Origin: an uncultured Gemmatimonadales bacterium
GTDB lineage: Bacteria > Gemmatimonadota > Gemmatimonadetes > Longimicrobiales > Longimicrobiaceae
DNA length: 64,000 bases
Direction: 5' to 3'
Assembly (NCBI GenBank): GCA_963716255.1
Contig: OY970303.1
Coordinates: 3,712,001-3,776,000 of the forward strand
The notes below the pieces were generated by a model. That model saw only the letters and a list, made by a program, of their open reading frames with translations. It made no database searches and was not told where the DNA came from. Shown here piece after piece: positions 1-9,401 of this stretch; positions within the stretch are counted from its first letter, which is position 1; every line of letters starts with the position of its first letter. Made by a program: the position numbers and the translations under genes.

Positions 1-537
1 GCCGCCGCCCTTCTCCTGCTTCCCCTGCTCGCCGTTCCCGCGCGTTCCGTCCAGGCGCAGGACCACGGCACGCGCGTCAGCGTGTCCACCGGCTCGGACG
101 ACGACTCGCCCGGCCGCATCGGCCCGCGCCGGCACCTGCGCGACGCCCGCACCGCCATCGCCACGCGCGACGGCAAGGTGGCGCTGCTCCTCACGCGCGA
201 CGCCGTGGCGATGCAGCTCACCGACCGCGGCCTGCGCGACATCGGCCGCGACATGGACGAGGACGGGGACGAAGAGGAAGGCTTCCTGGCGGGGATCATC
301 CAGGCGGCGGTGCGCAGCTCGGTGACCACCATGCTGAAGCGCAGCGTGGAGGTCCCGGTGAGCGAGATCCGCGACGTGGAATACCGCGGCGGGCGGCTGG
401 TCTTCACCGGCGAGGACGGCGAGCGAGTGTTCGACCACGTGACCGTCAACGACACCGACGTCATGGAAAGCTTCTCCGACGCGGACGCCCGCGCCTTCGT
501 CCGCGAGTTCCGCCGGCTCAAGGCCGCGGCGCGCTGA
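1..537 (+). CDS. Secreted hypothetical protein (5'-truncated by window edge)
   Basis: Frame of ORF 82..537 is open back to base 1 and reads AAALLLLPLLAVPARSVQAQD (signal-peptide-like); followed by a terminator hairpin. Confidence 0.75.
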   Translation, partial: AAALLLLPLLAVPARSVQAQDHGTRVSVSTGSDDDSPGRIGPRRHLRDARTAIATRDGKVALLLTRDAVAMQLTDRGLRDIGRDMDEDGDEEEGFLAGIIQAAVRSSVTTMLKRSVEVPVSEIRDVEYRGGRLVFTGEDGERVFDHVTVNDTDVMESFSDADARAFVREFRRLKAAAR

Positions 538-562
538 CGCCAGCCCCTCGGCCTCCGTCCAG

Positions 563-596
563 ACCCCGCCGCCGGATCGCCCGGCGGCGGGGTTTT
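563..596 (+). terminator. Intrinsic terminator
   Basis: 13-bp stem ACCCCGCCGCCGG/CCGGCGGCGGGGT with 5-nt loop and T-run, 25 nt after stop at 537. Confidence 0.7.
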
Positions 597-698
597 CGCT
601 TGTGTGCCCCGGGTGTGCTTGTGGTGCGCGAGTTGCGCCGCGCAGATTGCAGCGTTGCGAGCGCCGTGTACCCATCCGTCCGGAGGCGCCGAGAGCCC

Positions 699-1595
699 AT
701 GAGTACGCCGTATCCACCGCCCGTCTCATGACTCCTGGAGCTCGGCGAGGCGAACGCCTCCAGAACGTGGATGGACTACCTGGAGCTGGGGCTGGGACCG
801 GACCACGTCCCGGAACTCATCCGCATGGCCACGGACGAGCAGCTGGGCGACGGGGATGCCGGGCGACCGGAGACATGGGCACCCGTGCACGCCTGGCGTG
901 CGCTGGGGCAGCAGCGTGCCCCCGAGGCCGTGGAGCCGCTGCTGGAGCTGGCCGCGAAACTGGAGGACGACGACTACGCGCAGGGGGACCTGGGCAGGGT
1001 CTTCGGGGTGATCGGGCGCCCGGCGGTCCCCACGCTTTCCCGAGTGCTCACCGACGCTCGCCAGAGCTCCCGGGTCCGGGCCGCCGCCGCGCAAGGGCTC
1101 GATCACATCCTCATGGACGACGAGTCCACCCGGGCCGAGGTGGAGCCCGCGCTGGTGACGGCGATGGGCCAGTGGGAGGCGAACGACGAGGTCCTCAACG
1201 CCTGGGTGATGGATGTCCTCGTCGAGCACGAGTTCGTCGAAGCCGCCCCACTGATAGAGAAAGCCTTCGCCGCCGGCCGGGTGGACCTGCTCATGCGCGG
1301 CGACTGGGAAGACGTGCAGATGGACCTGGGGCTGATCGAGGACCGGGGAGAGCGGACCGGGGAGGTGAGGGTTCCGCTGCTGGCGCTGCCGGAGCCGTTC
1401 GGCGAGGGGCGAGACCCGGCGGGGCTCGACTCCGTTGGCCCGCGTCGTTTGCGGGCTTACGGAGCCGAAGCCCGACCCCGGCGCCAGCCGGGGGCACGCC
1501 CAAACGAGCAGTTCAGGAATCGATGCGCGCTCACTGCTCGTCGCGCGGAACGGGGTTGCCGCGGCGGCTCTCCTGCCAGGGCCAGTGGCCGTTGA
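699..1595 (+). pseudogene. DUF1186-like/HEAT-repeat protein with in-frame TGA at 729-731 and 3' end fused to a repeat fragment
   Basis: ATG699 reads MSTPYPPPVS*LLELGEANASRTWMDYLELGLGPDHVPELIRMATD in frame with ORF 771..1595; WAPVHAWRALGQ motif; from 1404 the ORF reads through a repeat and overlaps the convergent gene. Confidence 0.6.
1404..1501 (-). repeat. Structured dispersed element, partial copy
   Basis: GAGGGGCGAGACCCGGCGGGGCTCGACTCCGTT...ACGGAGCCGAAGCCCGACCCCGGCGCCAGCCGGGGGCACGCCC; lacks the GCGTGAGGGA end and the loop of hairpin 3. Confidence 0.9.
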
Positions 1596-1911
1596 TCTCC
1601 ACCTCCAGCGAGAAGCTGAGGAAGGTGCGGATGACGACGATCAGCCCCAGGACGCCCAGGCTGCGGAAGGTGGGCTCCACCGCGACGGTGTTGATGATGT
1701 CGGCGGCCACCATCAGCTCCAAGCCCAGCAGGATGGCGCGCCCCAGGTGGCTGCGGTAGCGGTGGTACGCCGCCTCGAACCGGGCGGCGTCGAAGACGCG
1801 GCGCAGGAACACCAGCGTCGCGAAGAGCGAGCCCAGGACGATCACCGAGATGCCCGCGATCTCGAACAGGCGGGTGATGGCGTGGGCTGCGGCTGCGAAG
1901 TCCTGGAACAT
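1531..1911 (-). CDS. DUF1622 family membrane protein
   Basis: YRSHLGRAILLGLELMVAADIINTV...LGLIVVIRTFLSFSLEVEI signature; ATG at 1911. Confidence 0.85.
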   Translation of the reverse strand: MFQDFAAAAHAITRLFEIAGISVIVLGSLFATLVFLRRVFDAARFEAAYHRYRSHLGRAILLGLELMVAADIINTVAVEPTFRSLGVLGLIVVIRTFLSFSLEVEINGHWPWQESRRGNPVPRDEQ

Positions 1912-2002
1912 GCGGGCGCGGCGTGGCTCGGGTGCGTCCTCCGGGATGGCGCTCTCCGCCGCCCTACGGCAACATGCGATCCACCCTTTTCCCCGTCCGC
2001 CC

Positions 2003-2476
2003 ATGCGCGCCACGACCCTCGCCCTCCTGCTGCTCGCCCTCGCCGGGCCGGCGGTCCACGCGCAGCAGGCTTCCGCCACGGCCGGGCGGCTCGGCTGGCT
2101 GGCGGGGTGCTGGGAGGCCCGCTCCGGCGGCAGGGTGGTGGAGGAGCAGTGGATGCGCCCGCGCGGGGGCTCGCTGCTGGGGATGAGCCGCACCGTGGCC
2201 GCGGACAGCGCGGCGGGGCACGAGCTCATGCGCATCGTGGAGCGGGGCGGGGGCCTGGTCTTCCAGGCCCACCCCTCCGGCCAGGCGCCCGCCGAGTTCC
2301 CGGTCGTGGAGGTGGGCGACGGGCGCGTGGTCTTCGCCGACCCGGCGCACGACTTTCCGCAGCGCGTTATTTATCAGCGCACCGGGGCGGACTCGCTGGT
2401 CGCCCGGGTGGAGGGGGAGCGCGGCGGCGCCATGCGCGGCTTCGACTTCCGCTACGCCCGCGTCGCTTGCCCCTGA
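2003..2476 (+). CDS. Secreted DUF6265-like protein
   Basis: Signal peptide; LGWLAGCW, EEQW, FADPAHDFPQRVIY motifs. Confidence 0.8.
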   Translation: MRATTLALLLLALAGPAVHAQQASATAGRLGWLAGCWEARSGGRVVEEQWMRPRGGSLLGMSRTVAADSAAGHELMRIVERGGGLVFQAHPSGQAPAEFPVVEVGDGRVVFADPAHDFPQRVIYQRTGADSLVARVEGERGGAMRGFDFRYARVACP

Positions 2477-2498
2477 GCCTCACACCCGGGGACGAAGC

Positions 2499-3023
2499 AT
2501 GAACAGACCCGAAGCCTGGCTGCGCGGCCCGCTGGACGGCGTCCCCACGCAGCTCCAGCCGGTGGCCCACGCGCTGGTGCAGGCGCTGGAGGACGTGGAG
2601 CGCGCCGCGGCGCCGCTCGCCCCGGAGGAGCTGCGGGCGCGCCCCGGCGGCGCGGCGTCGGTGGGCTTCCACCTGCGGCACCTGGCGGGGAGCACGGACC
2701 GGCTGCTGGCGTATGCCCGCGGGGAGCAGCTCGCCCCGGCGCAGCTCGCCTTCCTGGCGGCGGAAGAGGAGGAGGCGCCGGGGGCGGGGGCGGCGGAGCT
2801 GCTGGCCGGGGTGCGGGCGGCCGTCGGACGCGCGCTGGAGCAGCTGCGCGCCACCCCGGAGGCGGCGCTGGACGAGCCGCGAGAGGTGGGCCGCGGACGG
2901 CTGCCGTCCAGCGTGCGCGGGCTCCTGTACCACGTGGGCGAGCACACCGCCCGGCACGCGGGGCAGGTGGTCGCCACCGCGCGGGTGGTGCGCGGCGTGG
3001 ACCGCGCCGGCGGACCGGCGTGA
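2499..3023 (+). CDS. DinB family protein
   Basis: PEAWLRGP, SVGFHLRHLAGS, HVGEHTARHAGQ metal-binding His motifs. Confidence 0.85.
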   Translation: MNRPEAWLRGPLDGVPTQLQPVAHALVQALEDVERAAAPLAPEELRARPGGAASVGFHLRHLAGSTDRLLAYARGEQLAPAQLAFLAAEEEEAPGAGAAELLAGVRAAVGRALEQLRATPEAALDEPREVGRGRLPSSVRGLLYHVGEHTARHAGQVVATARVVRGVDRAGGPA

Positions 3024-4063
3024 CGGTGGGCGGCCTCTTCTCGGAGTACGGGCGGCACCTGGCGGCCAAGGAGGCGCGCGTCCGCGGGATGCTGGCCGCG
3101 CACGGGCTGGAGGCCATCTTCGCCGGGATCCGCCGCTGCCCGGTGGAGGGGGGCTTCCGCGGGCACGTCAGCCTTCGCCTGGCGCGCGAGGACGGCGCGG
3201 CGCGGGTGCTGGGCGTGGAGCCGCGCGGCGGGCGGCTCCCACTGGAGGACACGCTGTGGGTGCTGCCGGAGGAGGCCCGCCCCACCGTGCTGCGCGTGCG
3301 CGACGTGATCCTGGGCGCCGGCTGGGCGGACGGGGTCTTCGGCTTCGAGCTGCGGCTGGAGCACGGCACGCTCCGCGCGCACGTGTCGATCTCGGCGCCG
3401 CACGGGTCCGGCGTGCCGCTGGCATCGCTCTGCCGCGCGCTGGTGGAGGGGGTGCCGGGCGTGCTCGGCGCCGCGGTGCTGTCGCAGGGGGTGGAGGTGG
3501 GGGAGGCGTGGCTCGCCAACCGCCTGGGGGGCAGGACGGTGCTGGCGCACCACCGCGCCTTCTTCCAGAGCAACCTGCGCCTGGTGCCGGAGATGGTGGA
3601 GGAGATCCAGCGCCCGCTGGAGCGCCCCGCCTCCGTCGTGGACCTGTACTGCGGCGCCGGGCTGCACTCCGTGCTCGCCGCCGCGCCCGAGACCCGGGTG
3701 GTGGGGGCCGACAACAACCCCTGGGCCATCGAGAGCGCCCGCCGCAACGCGGCGCTGCACGGCCTGTCCGGCGCGGAGTACGTGCGCGAGTCCGCGGAGG
3801 ACTTCGCCGCGGCGCGCGGGTTCGACGCGCCGGACGTGGTGTTCGTGAACCCCAGCCGCCTTGGCTGCGGCCCGGGCGTGCCCGAGGCCGTCGCCCGCTG
3901 GCGCCCCGCGCGGGTGTGCCTGGTATCCTGCTCCATCGACGCCCACCTGCGCGACACGCTCGCCTTCCAGCGCGCCGGCTACCGTCCCGCCGCGGTGCGC
4001 TGCTTCGACATGTTTCCCTTCAGCGAGTTCCTGGAGAGCGTGACGCACTTCGAGCCGGCGTAG
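3020..4063 (+). CDS. Class I SAM-dependent RNA m5U methyltransferase (RlmD/TrmA-like)
   Basis: AFFQSN, VDLYCGAG, LVSC, FDMFP motifs; GTGA overlap with the dinB stop. Confidence 0.8.
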   Translation: MTVGGLFSEYGRHLAAKEARVRGMLAAHGLEAIFAGIRRCPVEGGFRGHVSLRLAREDGAARVLGVEPRGGRLPLEDTLWVLPEEARPTVLRVRDVILGAGWADGVFGFELRLEHGTLRAHVSISAPHGSGVPLASLCRALVEGVPGVLGAAVLSQGVEVGEAWLANRLGGRTVLAHHRAFFQSNLRLVPEMVEEIQRPLERPASVVDLYCGAGLHSVLAAAPETRVVGADNNPWAIESARRNAALHGLSGAEYVRESAEDFAAARGFDAPDVVFVNPSRLGCGPGVPEAVARWRPARVCLVSCSIDAHLRDTLAFQRAGYRPAAVRCFDMFPFSEFLESVTHFEPA

Positions 4064-4100
4064 GGTACTCATCCGGCCGGGGGAGATAGAGATGGGGAAT

Positions 4101-4150
4101 CGCGGACGCCAGCGCGGTGCCCGACCCCGGCGCCAGCCGGGGGCACGCCC
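4101..4150 (-). repeat. Structured dispersed element, internally deleted copy
   Basis: CGCGGACGCCAGCGCGGTGCCCG joined directly to ACCCCGGCGCCAGCCGGGGGCACGCCC. Confidence 0.8.
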
Positions 4151-4190
4151 AAACCCGCCGTACCAGGCGTCAACCGGATCCGGTAGAAGG

Positions 4191-4787
4191 CTACGTCTTG
4201 TGTACCGGGAAGCGCAGGTGTGTGACGCCGACGCCCGGGATCACCGTCGGGCTGCCGAGGACGGCGGGCGTGCCGGCGAGGTGGTCGAAGAGTCGAACGC
4301 CGGAGCCGAGAAGAACCGCCGCGACGTCGACGTGGATTTCGTCGAGGAGGCCGGCATTCATCAGCTGCTGGATGGTGTCGGCGCCGTGGACCCCCACGGA
4401 CTTCCCGCCGGCGGCGGCTCTGGCCTGGCTCACGGCGCTTTCGATGCCGTCGGTCACGAAGTGGACCGTCGAATCGGGTCGCGGCCATCCCGCGGGGACC
4501 TGGTGGGTGAGTACGAACGCCGGTCCCCAGGCGTGGTTCCCGCCCCAGCCGTCGGCGACCTCGAACGTGCGTCGGCCCGTGAGCACGGCACCGAGCTCGG
4601 ACCAGAGGCCGCGAAGGTGCTCCGCGCTCGGCTCCGACACCCTGAACGTCATGGGGTCCGCCCCTCCGGTGTGGAATTCGACGTCCCCCGAGCTGAAGTA
4701 CCAGTCGAACACTTCGGCCACGCCGTCCTCGGGGTCGGCGACGTAGCCGTCGAGCGACATGGACATGATTGCGACGACCTTCGACAT
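4191..4787 (-). CDS. Dihydrofolate reductase family (RibD C-terminal domain) protein
   Basis: MSMSLDGYVA, GRRTF, GLLDEIHVDVAAVLLGSGVRLF. Confidence 0.85.
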   Translation of the reverse strand: MSKVVAIMSMSLDGYVADPEDGVAEVFDWYFSSGDVEFHTGGADPMTFRVSEPSAEHLRGLWSELGAVLTGRRTFEVADGWGGNHAWGPAFVLTHQVPAGWPRPDSTVHFVTDGIESAVSQARAAAGGKSVGVHGADTIQQLMNAGLLDEIHVDVAAVLLGSGVRLFDHLAGTPAVLGSPTVIPGVGVTHLRFPVHKT

Positions 4788-4904
4788 CGCGACGCTCCTT
4801 TCGAGGGGTGGAGACTGCGTTCAGGGGATCGCGCGGAGGCTACGAAGAAGGCCGGGTCCGGGCTGCTCCATGATGCGGCCGGCCCGGGCCTACGAGCCCG
4901 GTGG

Positions 4905-5450
4905 TCACCCTTTCGGCTCATACCGCATCGCCACCGCCCCCGAGGCGAACTCCAGCCGATCCACGAGCTTCAGGTCGACGGCCCGCGACAGCCCCGCGAA
5001 CAGCGTCGGCCCGTGACCCATCAGCCTGGGATGCACCACGAGCTCGTACTCGTCGATCAATCCCAGCTCCGCCAGCGCAAGCGGGAGCTGCACGCCTCCC
5101 ACGAACAATCCCTTGCCCGGCTGCTGCTTGAGCTCCTGAACGGCGGACGCCAGGTCCCCGCGCACGAGCTCCGCGTTCCAATCGACCCGGTCGAGGGTGC
5201 TCGACACGACGTACTTCTTTGCCGCGTCCATCATCCGGGCGAAGGGATCCATCCAGTCGGGCCTCGCCCCGGGCTGCGGCGACCGGAACGCCGACTCCAT
5301 CATCTCGTAGATCACCCGGCCGAAGAGGAGGGCATCGGCCTGCGCGATGTTCGCGGTTGCGTGGCGGTGCATCTCCTCGTCCGGGACGATCGAACGATGG
5401 TCGCAGCACCCGTCCAGCGTGACGTTGATGGAATACCGAAGGGGTCGCAT
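4905..5450 (-). CDS. Dihydrofolate reductase family (RibD C-terminal domain) protein
   Basis: INVTLDG, LLFGRVIYEMM, KKYVVSSTL, GLIDEYELVVHP; ATG at 5450. Confidence 0.85.
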   Translation of the reverse strand: MRPLRYSINVTLDGCCDHRSIVPDEEMHRHATANIAQADALLFGRVIYEMMESAFRSPQPGARPDWMDPFARMMDAAKKYVVSSTLDRVDWNAELVRGDLASAVQELKQQPGKGLFVGGVQLPLALAELGLIDEYELVVHPRLMGHGPTLFAGLSRAVDLKLVDRLEFASGAVAMRYEPKG

Positions 5451-5712
5451 GACGAGAGAGTTCCGAGGGTGAGGTAGCCTGGCCGATCGCGTCGGCCGGA
5501 ACGGGTGCGCCTTCCTCGACCTCGACTCCGGCGCACGACGAGATCTCCACGAGGCCCGTCCGATCGCCCTGAAGATGGCTGTGGCATCCGCACCGTACAA
5601 GGACCTCCCGGCCACCACGACGCCCACGCAGCTCATAGCCGTCGCCGTTGTTGCGCGAAACCCGAACGGCTACCTTGCCCGCCTTCCCGAACCCACACGA
5701 GCCCCGGAAGCC

Positions 5713-7179
5713 ATGCAGGCGCTGACCCCGCTGAACCTCGCCATCATCCTCGGCTACATCGTGGCGGTCACCGCGCTCGGCACCTGGTTCGGCGGCCGCC
5801 AGAAGGACGCCCAGGACTACTTCCTCGCCGACCGCTCCATCCCCTGGTGGGCCGTGTGCTTCAGCGTGGTCGCCACCGAGACCAGCGCCCTCACCGTCAT
5901 CAGCGTCCCCGCCACCGCGTACGCAAGCGACCTGTGGATGCTGCAGCTGGCCATGGGCTACGTCCTGGGGCGCGTCCTCATCGCCGCCATCCTCCTCCCG
6001 CGCTACTTCCGCGGCGAGATCGCCACCGCCTACGTGCTGCTCCAGGAGCGCTTCGGCGTGGTGGCGCGGCGCTTCGCCTCGCTGATCTTCATGGTCACCC
6101 GGGCGCTCGCCGACGCCGTGCGCATCTTCGCCACCGCCATCCCCGTGGCCCTCCTGTCCGGGCTCCCGGCGTGGCAGGCCATCGTGCTCATCGGGGTGTT
6201 CACCCTGGTGTACAGCTACTACGGCGGGCTCAAGGCCGTGGTGTGGGTGGACGTGGCGCAGATGTTCATCTACATCGCCGGCGGGGTGATGGTGCTGTGG
6301 ATCCTGCTCCGGCAGCTCCCCGGCGGGTGGGACGGGCTGGTGGCCGCCGCCGCGCCCGCCCACAAGCTCCGCGTCATTCACCTGGACGGCGGCTTCGCCG
6401 ACGCCAGCTGGCTGCTCACCGGGGTGGTGGGCGGTGCCTTCCTCACCATGGCCTCGCACGGCGCCGACCACCTGATCGTGCAGCGGCTGCTGGCGGCCCC
6501 GTCGCTTCGCGACGCGCGCCGGGCTCTGGTGGCCTCCGGGGTGCTGGTGCTCGCGCAGTTCGCCCTGTTCCTGGTGATCGGGGTGGGGCTGTGGGTGTTC
6601 TACGGGGGGCGGAGCTTCGACAAGCCGGACGAGATCTTTTCCCGGTTCGCGCTGGAAGAGCTGCCGCCGGGGGTCTCCGGGCTGGTGATCGCCGCCATCC
6701 TGGCCGCGGCCATGTCGTCGTCGCTCAACGCGCTCGCCGCGGTGTCCGTGCACGACGTCTACGTCCCCCTGGCCCGCCGCCGCCCCGACGAGCAGGAGCT
6801 GCTCCGCCTGGGGAAGCGCTTCACCCTGTGGTGGGGGATCGCGCTGATCTTTTTGTCGCTCGCCTTCCAGCTCGTGGCGTCGGGGACGCCGGTGGTGGTC
6901 ATCGCCCTGCAGATCGCCTCCTTCACCTACGGCGGCCTGCTGGGCGGGTTCCTGCTGGGGATCCTGTCGCGCCGCGCCGACGAGCGGGACGCCCTCACCG
7001 GCATGGCGATTGCCGTCGCGGTGATGACCTCGCTCTGGGCGGTCCAGCAGTTCGGGGCGGTCCCCAGGGTGGTGGACACCCTCTGGTTCGCGCTGATCGG
7101 CTCGGCGGTGACGGTGGCGGCGGGGTCGCTGAGCAGCGTGCTGCGCGGGAGCACCGGCGCCGGTCCGTCGCGGGCCTGA
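5713..7179 (+). CDS. Sodium:solute symporter family protein
   Basis: DYFLADRSIPWW, SVVATETSALT, YYGGLKAVVWVDVAQ, many TM helices. Confidence 0.9.
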   Translation: MQALTPLNLAIILGYIVAVTALGTWFGGRQKDAQDYFLADRSIPWWAVCFSVVATETSALTVISVPATAYASDLWMLQLAMGYVLGRVLIAAILLPRYFRGEIATAYVLLQERFGVVARRFASLIFMVTRALADAVRIFATAIPVALLSGLPAWQAIVLIGVFTLVYSYYGGLKAVVWVDVAQMFIYIAGGVMVLWILLRQLPGGWDGLVAAAAPAHKLRVIHLDGGFADASWLLTGVVGGAFLTMASHGADHLIVQRLLAAPSLRDARRALVASGVLVLAQFALFLVIGVGLWVFYGGRSFDKPDEIFSRFALEELPPGVSGLVIAAILAAAMSSSLNALAAVSVHDVYVPLARRRPDEQELLRLGKRFTLWWGIALIFLSLAFQLVASGTPVVVIALQIASFTYGGLLGGFLLGILSRRADERDALTGMAIAVAVMTSLWAVQQFGAVPRVVDTLWFALIGSAVTVAAGSLSSVLRGSTGAGPSRA

Positions 7180-7225
7180 GCCGGGGAGCTCCCTCCACTT
7201 TTTTACGACGGCAAGGGCGACGCGA

Positions 7226-8035
7226 ATGGACCTGATGCTGCTCTTCAAGGCGGCGGTGATGGGGCTGGTGGAGGGCGCCACCGAGTTCCTCCCCGTGTCC
7301 TCCACCGGCCACCTGATCCTGGCGGGCGACTGGCTGGGCTTCGACGAGTACCGCGGGGCCGAGACCTTCGAGGTGTTCATCCAGCTGGGCGCCATCCTGG
7401 CCGTGGTCTGGCTCTACCGCGCCAAGATCCTGGGCGTGTTCCGCGCCGCGCCGCGGGATCCCGCCGCGCGACGGCTGATCCTGAACATCGGCATCGCCTT
7501 CCTCCCCGCCGCGCTCATCGGGTTCCTGGTCCACGACTGGATCAAGGAGCGGCTGTTCGACCCCGTGGTGGTGGCCGCGGCGCTGGTCGTGGGCGGGTTC
7601 CTGATCCTCGCCATCGAGCGCTGGCACAGGCCCTTCCACACCGAGACGGTGGACGACATCCGCCCGCCGAGCGCGCTCTGGGTGGGGCTGGCGCAGGTCC
7701 TGTCGCTCATCCCCGGCACCTCGCGCTCCGGCGCCACCATCATGGGCGGGCTCGCGGTGGGGCTTTCGCGGGTGGCGGCCACCGAGTTCTCGTTCTTTTT
7801 GGCCATCCCCATCATGTTCGCGGCGTCGTTCTACGACCTGTTCAAGGCCCTGGACACGCTCACCTCCGCCGACGCGCCGGTGTTCGCCGTGGGGTTCGTG
7901 GTGTCGTTCGTATCCGCGCTGGTGGTGATCCGCGCGCTGATCCGCTTCGTGTCCAGCAACACGTTCGTTCCGTTCGCGTGGTACCGGATCATTTTCGGGG
8001 CGATCCTGCTGGTGGTGTACTGGAACGCGCGCTGA
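7226..8035 (+). CDS. uppP: Undecaprenyl-diphosphate phosphatase
   Basis: GLVEGATEFLPVSSTGHL and LIPGTSRSGATI BacA motifs. Confidence 0.95.
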   Translation: MDLMLLFKAAVMGLVEGATEFLPVSSTGHLILAGDWLGFDEYRGAETFEVFIQLGAILAVVWLYRAKILGVFRAAPRDPAARRLILNIGIAFLPAALIGFLVHDWIKERLFDPVVVAAALVVGGFLILAIERWHRPFHTETVDDIRPPSALWVGLAQVLSLIPGTSRSGATIMGGLAVGLSRVAATEFSFFLAIPIMFAASFYDLFKALDTLTSADAPVFAVGFVVSFVSALVVIRALIRFVSSNTFVPFAWYRIIFGAILLVVYWNAR

Positions 8036-8070
8036 GCCGATACTTCAACGGATCGACGACGGCAGGCTTC

Positions 8071-8200
8071 GGGCGTGCCCCCCGCGGGGCGCGGGGGTCG
8101 GCCTTCGGCTCCGTAACGCACGAAACGACCGTGCGTAACGGAGTCGAGCCCGCGCAAACAGCCGCGCGGTCTCGCCCCTTCGGGCCGAAATCCCTCACGC
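8071..8200 (+). repeat. Structured dispersed element, full copy
   Basis: GGGCGTG...CCCTCACGC; inner stem ACGCACG/CGTGCGT, loop AAACGAC. Confidence 0.95.
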
Positions 8201-8210
8201 GACGGCAGGC

Positions 8211-8260
8211 CCCCTCCCCCCGGCCCCCTCCCCCGCAAGCGGGAGAGGGGGAGAACTGCG
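8211..8260. repeat. Second REP-like palindrome (CCCCCTCCCCCGC-AA-GCGGGAGAGGGGG)
   Basis: Near-identical to the reverse complement of 16925-16962; related to 55807-55898. Confidence 0.75.
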
Positions 8261-8314
8261 AACGACCGGCCGATCCCAAACCCGGAACCAGCCGGAGCGA
8301 ACCGCAGTTCAGCA

Positions 8315-8386
8315 CCCCCTCCCAGGATGGCGCTTCACGCTTCGCGTGAACCGGAGGAAGGGAGAGGGTGGCGAGCCGGGTGAGGG
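8315..8386 (-). repeat. REP-like CCCTCACCC...CCACCCTCTCCC repeat
   Basis: Reverse complement CCCTCACCCGGCTCGCCACCCTCTCCC...GGGAGGGGG resembles 40702-40756 and 60121-60172. Confidence 0.6.
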
Positions 8387-8498
8387 CTCCCCGCCGGATC
8401 CACGAAAAGCTTGACCGGGGGCACCAATCCCGCCATATGTTCCCGGCGCCCGGGACGGGCCCCGGATTTGCCGGAACGGGGGGCGCGGACGTCCCGCC

Positions 8499-9266
8499 GT
8501 GCGATTCCGCCCGGGAGACCAGGAGGGAAAGCTGAGCGAAACGCCGAGACCCGTGCATCCTGCCGCACGGCGGGGAGCGCCAGGCTGGCTGCTCGCCGCG
8601 CTGCCCCTGTGCATCGTGCTTGGGGTGGTGATCGGCGTGTACGCGCCCAGCGTGCCCACGGCGCTGGGGCCGCGCGTGGGCCCGCCCGACACGGTGCGCG
8701 TGGCGGGGCGGGCGATCCCCCGGCCGCCGTCCGTGGTGGAGGCGCCGTACCTGGAGCGGGTGGTGGAGCGTAGGTCGCCGCGCGAGGTGGCCATCGCGTC
8801 GCTGGCGGACCGCTACAACATCACCCAGGCGCTCGCCCGCACCATCCACGACGCCGCCGTGGAAGCGGGGATCGATCCCGAGCTGGGCTTCCGGCTGGTG
8901 CGCGTGGAAAGCGTGTTCGACGTGCACGCGCTGGGGCAGGGGGCGGTGGGGCTCTGCCAGCTGATGCCCGGCACGGCCAGGTCCATCGACCCCGAGGTCG
9001 ACACCCGCAAGGAGCTGCTGGAGCCCCACACCAACCTGCGGCTGGGGTTCACCAACCTGCGCAACATGATCGAGATGTTCGACGGCGACGTTCGCCTGGG
9101 GGTGATCGCCTACAACCGCGGCGAGGTCGCCGTGCAGCGCGCCCTGCGCCGGGGCCGCGACCCCGAGAACGGCTACTCCAGGCTGGTGCTGGGCCCGCGC
9201 GCGCACGGCGGCCGGTCCTACCAGGGCCCGGGGCTGCTCCCCCGGGCCTCCGCCGCGGCCAGGTGA
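8499..9266 (+). CDS. Lytic transglycosylase (SLT domain); start uncertain (8499/8553)
   Basis: LVRVESVF, GAVGLCQLMPGTA, IAYNRG SLT motifs; N-terminal TM segment. Confidence 0.85.
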   Translation: MRFRPGDQEGKLSETPRPVHPAARRGAPGWLLAALPLCIVLGVVIGVYAPSVPTALGPRVGPPDTVRVAGRAIPRPPSVVEAPYLERVVERRSPREVAIASLADRYNITQALARTIHDAAVEAGIDPELGFRLVRVESVFDVHALGQGAVGLCQLMPGTARSIDPEVDTRKELLEPHTNLRLGFTNLRNMIEMFDGDVRLGVIAYNRGEVAVQRALRRGRDPENGYSRLVLGPRAHGGRSYQGPGLLPRASAAAR

Positions 9267-9305
9267 GCCGCGGCCGCGCTTTCCCGACGCCTCCTCACCG
9301 GATGT

Positions 9306-9335
9306 TTGACGCCGTCCCGTCCGACGGGTTAATAT
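9306..9335 (+). promoter_or_regulatory. Sigma70-like promoter with palindromic spacer
   Basis: TTGACG-18nt-TAATAT; spacer contains CCCGTC-C-GACGGG; 66 nt upstream of ATG 9402. Confidence 0.45.
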
Positions 9336-9401
9336 CCTACGGGCCCGGCACTCCGTCCCACCGGCGCCTCGCGACACTCCGCACCCCCCGAATGGTCGTC
9401 C

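Noticed and set aside
729..731. Selenocysteine recoding of the in-frame TGA
   Set aside because: No Cys-like redox context and no convincing SECIS hairpin directly downstream; a nonsense mutation is simpler.
4191..5450. Tandem RibD-C/DHFR-like genes as a recent duplication or resistance cassette
   Set aside because: The two proteins are highly divergent members of a common family and there is no mobile-element signature.
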